From the NCBI GenBank assembly GCA_029269845.2, contig CP149973.1:1770001-1802000 (forward strand): 32,000 bases of DNA, given 5' to 3'. The stretch comes from Opitutia bacterium KCR 482 (GTDB lineage Bacteria; Verrucomicrobiota; Verrucomicrobiia; Opitutales; Intestinicryptomonadaceae). Below are positions 16,103 to 23,878 of the stretch, in pieces (within the stretch, counting starts at the first letter, position 1; each line of letters starts with the position of its first letter). A model generated the notes under the pieces. It was not told the origin of the DNA. It saw nothing but the letters and a program-made list of their open reading frames with translations, and made no database searches. The translations under genes were made by a program, and so were the position numbers.

Positions 16103-17497
16103 TTACTTGTTTTTCTTGTTGTCGATGCTTGCGGCGATTAGGCGTTTGCCGAATTTCCACAGCGAGCCGGTCGGGTTTGCCGCCTCCGTGAGAGTTTCGT
16201 CGAACGCCTTTACGAACCTGTCCACTTCCCTTTCCGTTATGATAAACGGCGGAAGCAGTTTCACGGCGTGGACTTCGTGGCTTGTAACCTGCGTTATGAT
16301 TTTGTAGTTGTCCATAAGCGACGTTACAATCATCTGCGTGAAGAGCGAATTATTCGCGGCTTTCAATGCTTTCCACGCCGCCTTTTGCAGAAGCCCTTTC
16401 GGCTCCTGAAATTCTATTGCAATCATAAGCCCCAGCCCGCGCACTTCCCTGATGTACGAGTGTTTCTCTTTGAGGGCTTCGAGCTTCTGTTTGAGCAGCG
16501 CGCCCATTTTTGCGCAGTTTTCGACCATTCCGTCCTTTTCGAGAACGTCGATTGTCGCCAAGCCCGCGACCATTGCGAGGTTGTTTCTGCCGAAAGTCGT
16601 GGAGTGTTTTACGCAGTTTTCGAGCGGCGAGAAGACGCTCTGGTGGATTTCCCTTGTGGTGATGAATGCCGCGCACGGAACGTAGCCGCCGCTGAGCGCC
16701 TTCGCCATCGTGACGATGTCGGGCTCTAGCCCCCAGTGCTGGTATGCGAACATTTTGCCCGTCCTGCCGAAGCCCGTCTGCACTTCGTCCATGATGAAGA
16801 GCGCGCCGTATTTGCGGCAGAGTTCCTGCGCCTTCGGGAAGAAGCCGTCGGGCGGAATGTCGACGCCGTGCCCGATGACGGGTTCGGAGATGAACGCGGC
16901 GACGTTGCCCTCTTTGAGTTTCGCTTCGAGGTCTGCGAGGTCGGCGAATCCGATTTTGTCGGTGTCGGGCAGGAACGGGCCGAAGCCGTCCCTGAAATGC
17001 GGCGTGTGGGTTATCGACATCGAGCCGTATGTCAGCCCGTGGTAGCAGCCGTCCATCGAAATTATGCGCGGACGTTTTGTGTGGGCGCGGGCGAATTTTA
17101 TCGCGCCTTCGTTTGCTTCGGTTCCGGAGTTGCAGAAGAAGACGGCGGAGAGTTTGTTGTTGTGCAGTTTTACGATTCTCTCCGCGAGCAGGCCGCTGAG
17201 CAACGCGCAGTCGAGCTGTACCATGTTCGACAAATCCATGTCGATTGCGTCCTTGATTGCCTTGCCGATTACGGGGTTGTTGCGCCCCATTCCGAACACG
17301 CCGTAGCCCGATATGAAGTCGAGATATTCGTTGCCGTCGGCGTCGTAGAGGTATGCGCCCTTGGCGCGTTTGTAGCACTTGTCGAACCCGATTGTTTTAA
17401 GCACGGTTGCGAGCGTTCGGTTGACGTATTTTTCGTGCAAATCGTAGTTCTGCCCGAAGCGCGAGTCTATCAATTCCTTTAAGTCGAAATCTTTCAT
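16103..17497 (-). CDS. Class-III (omega-type) PLP aminotransferase, substrate not assignable
   Basis: 464 aa. Motifs YLDFISGYGVFGMGRNNP, NSGTEANEGAIKFAR, FISEPVIGHG, IMDEVQTGFGRTG and the TMAKALSGG (PLP Lys) context are present. Confidence 0.85.
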   Translation of the reverse strand: MKDFDLKELIDSRFGQNYDLHEKYVNRTLATVLKTIGFDKCYKRAKGAYLYDADGNEYLDFISGYGVFGMGRNNPVIGKAIKDAIDMDLSNMVQLDCALLSGLLAERIVKLHNNKLSAVFFCNSGTEANEGAIKFARAHTKRPRIISMDGCYHGLTYGSMSITHTPHFRDGFGPFLPDTDKIGFADLADLEAKLKEGNVAAFISEPVIGHGVDIPPDGFFPKAQELCRKYGALFIMDEVQTGFGRTGKMFAYQHWGLEPDIVTMAKALSGGYVPCAAFITTREIHQSVFSPLENCVKHSTTFGRNNLAMVAGLATIDVLEKDGMVENCAKMGALLKQKLEALKEKHSYIREVRGLGLMIAIEFQEPKGLLQKAAWKALKAANNSLFTQMIVTSLMDNYKIITQVTSHEVHAVKLLPPFIITEREVDRFVKAFDETLTEAANPTGSLWKFGKRLIAASIDNKKNK

Positions 17498-17559
17498 TGA
17501 TAAATTTTTTTTCCGCCTTAACTTTACCCCACACTATAAATACTTCAAACATTATTTCG

Positions 17560-18399
17560 ATGGAAATTTTATCCTCATACTATGTGGTCGATTTCGACCC
17601 CTTCGCGCTCCGCTTTCCCGACGGCTGGTTTTTGGAGGGCGTAAGGTGGTACGGGCTTGCGTATCTGGCGGGCTTTGTAATCGCGCTTTGGCTGTTCAAC
17701 CTCTATTATAAAAAGGGCAAAAGCCCGCTGTCGCCCGACGACAACGCGTCCCTCATTACCTATCTGCTCTTCGGCGTGATTCTCGGCGGACGCCTCGGCT
17801 ACATGCTTTTCTACGATTTTTCGAACTTTGTGTCGAACCCGCTAATCGCGCTCCAAATCTGGAAGGGCGGAATGGCAAGCCACGGCGGATTCATCGGCGT
17901 GGTGCTTTCCATGGTATGTTTTGCGAGAACGAGGAAAGTCTCTTTCTGGAAAATCGCCGACATTGTCGCGACCGCGTGCACCCCGGGGATTTTCCTCGGC
18001 AGAATCGCAAACTTCGTCAACGGCGAGCTTTGGGGCAAGGTTTCCGACTTTCCGTGGGCGATGGTTTTCCCGCACTCCGCGCCCGCGGGCACGGCAATCG
18101 AAAACATCGCCGCCCGACACCCGTCGCAGCTCTACGAGGCGTTCGCGGAGGGGCTTTTCATCTTCCTGTTTTTGCAGTGGCGTTTCTGGCGCGGGAAAAA
18201 CCTTTCCGACGGGCGCATAGCGGGCGAATTTCTTTCTGTCTACGCCGTGGTGCGCATAATCTGCGAGGTCTTCCGCGAGCCGGACTTCGGCGTAGAGCCT
18301 ATTTTGGGGCTGAGCAGGGGCACGTTTTACTCCGCGCTGACGCTCGCGGCGGGGCTTGCCATAATTGCCTATTCCAAATTCCGCACTCCCGAAAAATAG
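17560..18399 (+). CDS. lgt: Prolipoprotein diacylglyceryl transferase
   Basis: 279 aa starting at the internal ATG (MEILSSYY...). Motifs RWYGLAYLAGF, GGRLGY, WKGGMASHGG, LGRIANFVNGELWG and HPSQLYEA are present. Confidence 0.9.
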   Translation: MEILSSYYVVDFDPFALRFPDGWFLEGVRWYGLAYLAGFVIALWLFNLYYKKGKSPLSPDDNASLITYLLFGVILGGRLGYMLFYDFSNFVSNPLIALQIWKGGMASHGGFIGVVLSMVCFARTRKVSFWKIADIVATACTPGIFLGRIANFVNGELWGKVSDFPWAMVFPHSAPAGTAIENIAARHPSQLYEAFAEGLFIFLFLQWRFWRGKNLSDGRIAGEFLSVYAVVRIICEVFREPDFGVEPILGLSRGTFYSALTLAAGLAIIAYSKFRTPEK

Positions 18400-18459
18400 C
18401 GCGTCGAGCTTTTATTGTTGCGTTCGGCGGGCGTTTTTTAACATACTTTTTTCAATTCA

Positions 18460-19605
18460 ATGGGAACGATAAACAAATACATCTTCAAACAGGTCGCGAT
18501 GGCGGCGTTGATGACCGTCGCGCTGTTTGTGTTCGTGCTCGTGCTCGGCAACGTCATAAAAGAGGTTATGGGCGAGCTCGCCGCGGGAAGGCTCAGCATT
18601 TCGTTCTTTCTGTATATCGTCGCGCTGATTATACCGGGAGTCATTCCCTACGCGCTTCCGCTCGGCATGCTCACGGGCATTCTGCTTGTGTTCGGCAGAA
18701 TGTCGGCGCAAAGCGAGGTCGTGGCGATGAAGGCGTGCGGACGCTCCATTTACAGCATGGCGGCTCCCGTGTTCTTTCTGGCGATTTGCGCGTCGCTGTT
18801 TTCGGTGGCAATCAACTTCTACTACGCGCCCGCCGCCGACTACGCCTACAAGAGCGCGCTCAAAAACCTCGTCCGCGCAAACCCGCTCCAATTTATCCAA
18901 CCAGGTTCGTTTATCCGCGACTTCCCCGGCTATGTAATCTACGCAAACTCCTCCGACGGCAACGAGCTTGTGAGCTTCCGCATTTGGGAGCTTGACAAAC
19001 GGGGCAGGGCGCAGATTTCCATACAGTCGGAGCGCGGCGCGCTTTCGTACGACGACGCCCGCGACGAAATCGTGCTGACCCTCAAAAACGGCAGCGCGGA
19101 GCGCGCGAGGTCGGGCGACCCCGAAGACCTGCGCAAGCCCCTTCCGTCGGCGCGTTTCGACGAGCTTGTAATCAAGCTTCCGCTCAACGAGATTATCGGA
19201 ACTATGGACAAGGGCAAAAAGCGGCTGAAAGTAATGACTTTCGGCGAGCTTCTCGACGCCCGCGAAACTTGGCACAGATTCCCGCCCGAACAGACCACGC
19301 CCGAACGCGCGTTCCACGACAAAATCGAGGTTCAGTTGCAGATTCAGAAAAATTTTGCGATGGCGTTTTCGATATTTTCGATGGTGGTGCTCGCCGTTCC
19401 GCTCGGAATAAAGGCAAGCAGAAGCGAGACTTTTGCGAACTTGGCGATAGCGCTGGCGTTGGCGATGAGCTACTACATGATGACGGTCGTGATTTCGTGG
19501 CTCGAAAAATACCCCGAAATGCGCCCCGACATTCTGATTTGGATACCCAATTTCATATTCCAAGCCGTAGGCACATACTTAATCTATCGGTCATCGCGCA
19601 ACTAA
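18460..19605 (+). CDS. LptF/LptG-family (YjgP/YjgQ) LPS export permease
   Basis: 381 aa. It has the typical N-terminus INKYIFKQV, three N-terminal TM helices, a central periplasmic beta-jellyroll-like region, and C-terminal TM helices. Confidence 0.85.
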   Translation: MGTINKYIFKQVAMAALMTVALFVFVLVLGNVIKEVMGELAAGRLSISFFLYIVALIIPGVIPYALPLGMLTGILLVFGRMSAQSEVVAMKACGRSIYSMAAPVFFLAICASLFSVAINFYYAPAADYAYKSALKNLVRANPLQFIQPGSFIRDFPGYVIYANSSDGNELVSFRIWELDKRGRAQISIQSERGALSYDDARDEIVLTLKNGSAERARSGDPEDLRKPLPSARFDELVIKLPLNEIIGTMDKGKKRLKVMTFGELLDARETWHRFPPEQTTPERAFHDKIEVQLQIQKNFAMAFSIFSMVVLAVPLGIKASRSETFANLAIALALAMSYYMMTVVISWLEKYPEMRPDILIWIPNFIFQAVGTYLIYRSSRN

Positions 19606-20066
19606 CGGCGCGTGAAAATACTTCCCTAAGGGCGTTTCCCTGTACGCCCAGACCGCTCGCGTACGATAAGTACGCCACGCGCACGGGGCGTGAAAGCACC
19701 GTTGATGCGGCGTTTCGCGAGTGTCTCAGACCGCTTACATACGCCAAGTATGCTGCGCGCCCTGTGCCACTCGCAAAGCCGCCGCCTGAACGGCACTTTG
19801 ACGCCCCTAAAATTACAGCGCACGGCGCGGAAGATTTTTAGAATGCGCTGGGAGAAAAGTGGAGTTATTGGGTTGGTGAGCCGACTTGTGTTTGCGGATT
19901 GCCGTTTTTTTATTTATCCGCGCGGAGCGCGTCTATTTTAATTTGTTTCTTGCAAACATTCGGCAATCCCTATCGTCAGTAATTGCCGCAGGCAATACGG
20001 ACTAATCCAGAAAAGGCGCGGTTATAGCCGCGCCGAATAATCACAGAAAGGAACGAAGTTCCGACG
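19605..20066. repeat. Copy B of the conserved non-coding element, with its 78-nt 5' module tandemly duplicated
   Basis: It aligns with 6819-7196. Module 1 is 19605-19682 and module 2 is 19683-19760 (50/78 gapless identities by hand count). Conserved hairpins lie at 19659-19675, 19738-19752, 19894-19921, 19981-19995, 20014-20033 and 20050-20062. Confidence 0.85.
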
Positions 20067-20242
20067 CCGTGCAGGCTGCAGCCTGCCTCGCGCCTTGGGG
20101 CTTGACTTTTTGGGGGGAGTGGGCAAAATGAGTTGATGTTGGAGGGCGATATACGCTTGGGGGTATTTGAGCCGATGGCGTGGTATTCTTGGGTGTATGT
20201 GGCTCTTGTTTTTCAAAAATAAAATCAAAGGAAGAGAAGAAT

Positions 20243-21613
20243 ATGGTAAATCGCAGAGGATTTATGAAATCGGCTGCCGCTGCGGGCGGATTGATGTTGT
20301 TGCCTTCGTGGAGCGCGGGCAAGCAGGTCGGTCCGAATAGCAAATTGAACATCGCGCTGGTTGGCGTGGGCGGAATCGGCGGCATGGCAATCGGGCAGTT
20401 GCTACCCTGCAAGCAGGCGAACATTGTCGCGCTTTGCGACGTAGACGACGCCCGCGCGGCGAAGAACTACAAGGCGTTTCCCGCAAGCATGCCGCGCTTC
20501 CGCGACTACCGCGTCATGCTCGACAAGATGGACAAGCAAATCGACGCCGTCGTGGTTTCCACTCCCGACCACATGCACTATCCCATCGCGGCTTGGGCGA
20601 TAGCAAAGGGCAAGCACGTCTTCTGCCAAAAGCCCCTCACGCGCACAATTTGGGAGGCGGAAGAATTGAAGCGTCTCGCGAAAGAGGCGGGCGTCATCAC
20701 GCAAATGGGCAATCAGGGGCACACCAATGAGGGCTGGCGTCTGATTAAGGAATGGTACGACGCGGGAATCCTCGGACAAATCGAGGAAATCCACATTTGG
20801 ACAAATCGCCCCGTGTGGCCGCAGGGCGACCTCAAAATGCCCGCGGGCCAGCCCGTTCCGCCTACGCTCGACTACAACCTGTGGCTCGGCGTCGCGCCCT
20901 ACCAGCCCTACAACAAGGCGTTCGTTCCGTTCAACTGGCGCGGTCTGCGCAACTACGGCACGGGAGCTGCGGGCGACATGGCGTGCCACTTCCTCGACGT
21001 TCCCTATTCGGCGTTCGACCTCGGCTTCCCGATGAGCGTCAAGGGCAACTCTACGCCTTTCAACGATTACAGCTGGCCGAGTCAGGCGTCGTCTGTTATG
21101 ACGTTCGTCAACCCGCGCGGCGTCGACAACAGAATCCGCCTGCACTGGTACGACGGCGGCAGAAAGCCGAAGGCGATTAAGCGCGTGGACAAGGCGTTCC
21201 TCGACGACCCGCGCAACAACAACGCGACATTCATCGTGGGCACAAAGGAAACCGTCTACACCAACGAATACGGCATGAATACCCGCATTTGGCCTGCGGC
21301 TCGCATGAAGGAATTGATGAAGGGCGGCAAGCTTCCGCAGAAGACCGTGCCGCGCTCCGTAGCCCCCGGCAAGCCGTTTGTTGAATGGACTCTCGCGTGC
21401 ATAGAGGGCAAACAGCCCAAGGGCAATTTCGACTACGCCGCGCCGTTCACCGAAATGGCGTTGCTGGGCATGATTGCGCTCTGCTTCCCCGACCGCGAAC
21501 TCAACTACATTCCCTCGACGATGTCGTTTGCGGGCTGCCCCGAAGCGGACAAATTCGTGCGCTCGCAGTACGAATACCGCAGCGAATTCCTGCCGTCGAA
21601 AATCATGCTGTAA
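20243..21613 (+). CDS. Gfo/Idh/MocA-family oxidoreductase with a twin-arginine (Tat) signal
   Basis: The start is at the internal ATG after a GGAAGAGAAG RBS. The Tat motif is NRRGFMKSAAAAG. The Rossmann segment is LNIALVGVGGIGG. STPDHMH and EKP-like (CQKPLT) motifs typical of the family are present. Confidence 0.88.
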   Translation: MVNRRGFMKSAAAAGGLMLLPSWSAGKQVGPNSKLNIALVGVGGIGGMAIGQLLPCKQANIVALCDVDDARAAKNYKAFPASMPRFRDYRVMLDKMDKQIDAVVVSTPDHMHYPIAAWAIAKGKHVFCQKPLTRTIWEAEELKRLAKEAGVITQMGNQGHTNEGWRLIKEWYDAGILGQIEEIHIWTNRPVWPQGDLKMPAGQPVPPTLDYNLWLGVAPYQPYNKAFVPFNWRGLRNYGTGAAGDMACHFLDVPYSAFDLGFPMSVKGNSTPFNDYSWPSQASSVMTFVNPRGVDNRIRLHWYDGGRKPKAIKRVDKAFLDDPRNNNATFIVGTKETVYTNEYGMNTRIWPAARMKELMKGGKLPQKTVPRSVAPGKPFVEWTLACIEGKQPKGNFDYAAPFTEMALLGMIALCFPDRELNYIPSTMSFAGCPEADKFVRSQYEYRSEFLPSKIML

Positions 21614-21665
21614 TCCGCAAAAAGGCGGTTGCGGAGAATGCTCCCCGACCGCCCGCGCGGCAAAC

Positions 21666-21703
21666 AAAAAAGGCTTTCGGATTTCCCCGAAAGCCTTTTT
21701 TTT
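21666..21703. terminator. Bidirectional rho-independent terminator between convergent genes
   Basis: An A-run is followed by stem AGGCTTTCGG (21671-21680) pairing with CCGAAAGCCT (21687-21696), then T8. Confidence 0.8.
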
Positions 21704-21720
21704 GCGCCTCGTTTTAAGCC

Positions 21721-22557
21721 CTATTTGAAAAGGCTTTTGAGCGTGTTTTCGACAGCCTTCGACGCGCCCTTCGCGGCTGAATTTGCGCCGTCGCCGCCAG
21801 CCTCGATGCCGCCCTTTACTGCGTCCCTAAGGAGCGCGGAAGTGCCGATGAGCGCAAGCTGTTCCACGATGTCCGTGATAAGCTCGCCCGCGGGCTCGCC
21901 GCCTTTGGAAGTGCCGATGTTTTCGAGCGCGAACGCGGGCATGCTGATTTGAAGCGCGCTGCCGTTAACCGAGCCGTCGATAACTCCCGCGCCGAAAGTC
22001 ATCTTTTTGATGATGAATTTCCACTGCGCGGCGTCGGCGTCGGCTTTCGCCGTCTGTTGCGCTTGGGCGTTTGCGTCCTTTTGGTTGGAAAGCCCGAATT
22101 TGTTTTCGAGGGCGGTTTTAATCGCCGTGATGTTCGACTGCGGCGAGGAGAGCAGGGCGGAAATTCCCTTTGCCGTCTTTACGTCGAGGTTCATGGCAAG
22201 CCCGTCGACTTTGATTTCGTCGATGACGATGAGCTTCTTCGCGAGGGCGTCGGAGAGCGTGATGTCGGCGTCGATAACCGCCTCTTTGAACGCGATTGCG
22301 TTGCACTGCTTGAAGTCGGGCGGGTTGGCGATGAAGAAGTTGTTGACCTGCACCTTTTGGTCGGAAATGCCGAGCGACACGGACGACACGCCAGCGTTGA
22401 TTCCCGTGCCCGCGGTTATTGTTTTGAGCGCGTAGTCGGCAACAAAGCCGAGCGTGAAGTAGAGCGCAATGCACAGCACCACGACCGCCAATACGAAAAT
22501 TTTTACGAGCGAAAATAGGCAACCGCCCCTTCTGTAATTATGGTTGGAAATCTTCAT
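21721..22557 (-). CDS. Membrane-anchored hypothetical protein (short AsmA/DUF748-like layout)
   Basis: 278 aa. An N-terminal TM helix (LVKIFVLAVVVLCIALYFTLGF) is followed by ...GVSSVSLGISDQKVQVNNFFIANPPDF...IVIDEIKVDGLAMNL, which is reminiscent of AsmA N-terminal repeats. The tail is Ala/Gly-rich. The family call is weak. Confidence 0.5.
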   Translation of the reverse strand: MKISNHNYRRGGCLFSLVKIFVLAVVVLCIALYFTLGFVADYALKTITAGTGINAGVSSVSLGISDQKVQVNNFFIANPPDFKQCNAIAFKEAVIDADITLSDALAKKLIVIDEIKVDGLAMNLDVKTAKGISALLSSPQSNITAIKTALENKFGLSNQKDANAQAQQTAKADADAAQWKFIIKKMTFGAGVIDGSVNGSALQISMPAFALENIGTSKGGEPAGELITDIVEQLALIGTSALLRDAVKGGIEAGGDGANSAAKGASKAVENTLKSLFK

Positions 22558-22651
22558 GGCTTCGAATATCGTAAAAAAAAATTAAAATTTGCAAGGTTTT
22601 TGAAGTAAAACTTGCAAAATCGCGCAGAGGTTGCGATTCTTGCGGGCGACT

Positions 22652-23878
22652 ATGAAAATCAAAGCATTCAAAGGGTTGAGACCCGTGAAGGACAAGGCGG
22701 CGGACATCGCAAGCCTGCCCTACGACGTGGTGAATTTCGAACAGGCAGCCGAGCAGGCCAAGGGCAAGCCGCTGAGCTTCATGAGGGTAGTGCGCTCGGA
22801 AATCGAGCTGCCCGAAGGCACCGAGCCGTACTCGCAGGCGGTCTACGACCACGCGAAGGAGAATTTCGAAAAGCTCGTCAAAAACGGACACATGGTCCGC
22901 GAGGACGCGCCGTGCATGTACCTCTACCGCCAAGTCATGGGCGGACATGCCCAGACGGGGCTTGTCGCCACGTTCAGCGCGGAAGACTACGACAACGACG
23001 TAATCAAAAAGCACGAAAAAACCCGCGAGGCAAAGGAGAACGACCGCTACATGCTCACGCGCACCCTGCGCGTAAACACGGGCCCCGTGTTCCTCACGGT
23101 AAAGGACGGAACCGAGCTTGACAAAATAGTCGAAAACAAAAAGGACTCCGACGCGCTCTTCGACTTTACCGCCGACGACGGAATCCGCCACACGGTCTGG
23201 AAGATTTCCGACCCCTCAACGCTCGAAAAAATCGTGAAGATTTTCGACGCAATTCCCTGCGCGTACGTCGCCGACGGACACCACCGCAGCGCGAGCAACG
23301 CCCGCTGCGCCCGCTTCTTCAAGGCGCAGAACCCCGGCCACACCGGCGACGAAGACTACAACTGGTTTCTGTCGGTAGTCTTCCCCGCGGGGCAGCTGAG
23401 CATTCTGCCCTACAACCGCGTCGTGCGCGACTTGGCTGGCAACACAAAAGAGCAGTTCCTCGAAAAGCTCGGTAAGGCGTGCAGGCTCGAAAAGGGCGCG
23501 GCAAAATCGCCCGACGGCTCGAAAAAGGTCTCCATGTACCTCGACGGCGAATGGTACGGCTTGACTTTCGAAAACACCGACGGTCTCGACGCGGTTTCGT
23601 CGCTCGACGTCGCGCTCTTGCAGGACAGGGTTCTCGCCCCGATTCTCGGAATCGGCGACCCCCGCACCGACGAGAGAATAGACTTTGTTGGCGGAATCAA
23701 GGGCACTGCCGAGCTTGAAAAGCTTGTAGATTCAAAGAAGTTCGCAGTCGCCTTCTCCATGTTCCCCACCACGACCGACCAGCTCATGGCGATTGCAGAC
23801 GCGGGGCAGATTATGCCCCCCAAGAGCACATGGTTCGAGCCTAAGCTCCGCTCGGGGCTGTTTGTCCACACATTCTAA
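22652..23878 (+). CDS. DUF1015-family protein
   Basis: 408 aa starting at the internal ATG. It begins MKIKAFKGLRPVKDKAADIASLPYDVV, and motifs ...YLYRQ..., IKKHEKTREAKENDR and VADGHHR match my memory of the DUF1015 family. Confidence 0.8.
   Translation: MKIKAFKGLRPVKDKAADIASLPYDVVNFEQAAEQAKGKPLSFMRVVRSEIELPEGTEPYSQAVYDHAKENFEKLVKNGHMVREDAPCMYLYRQVMGGHAQTGLVATFSAEDYDNDVIKKHEKTREAKENDRYMLTRTLRVNTGPVFLTVKDGTELDKIVENKKDSDALFDFTADDGIRHTVWKISDPSTLEKIVKIFDAIPCAYVADGHHRSASNARCARFFKAQNPGHTGDEDYNWFLSVVFPAGQLSILPYNRVVRDLAGNTKEQFLEKLGKACRLEKGAAKSPDGSKKVSMYLDGEWYGLTFENTDGLDAVSSLDVALLQDRVLAPILGIGDPRTDERIDFVGGIKGTAELEKLVDSKKFAVAFSMFPTTTDQLMAIADAGQIMPPKSTWFEPKLRSGLFVHTF

Noticed and set aside
19605-19760. 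The 78-nt modules as tRNA or tRNA-like genes (the size is suggestive).
   Set aside because: There is no T-loop (GTTCRANYC) or D-loop consensus, no 7-bp acceptor stem with a discriminator/CCA context, and no cloverleaf can be drawn.
19690-19941. Small ORFs inside the repeated element: 19690..19941(+), 19553..19747(-), 19626..19823(-) and 6638..6829(+).
   Set aside because: None is conserved between the two copies because indels shift every frame. The translations are Arg/Leu-rich with no start context.
6819-20066. The two element copies as direct repeats bounding a ~13-kb genomic island that contains a tyrosine recombinase.
   Set aside because: The enclosed genes are core housekeeping/envelope genes (eda, rpe, aroE, yggS, lgt, LptF/G) with GC like the rest of the window. 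The recombinase is XerC/D-like and embedded in an operon, not at an island edge. Recombination between the repeats remains physically possible, but this is not a mobile island.
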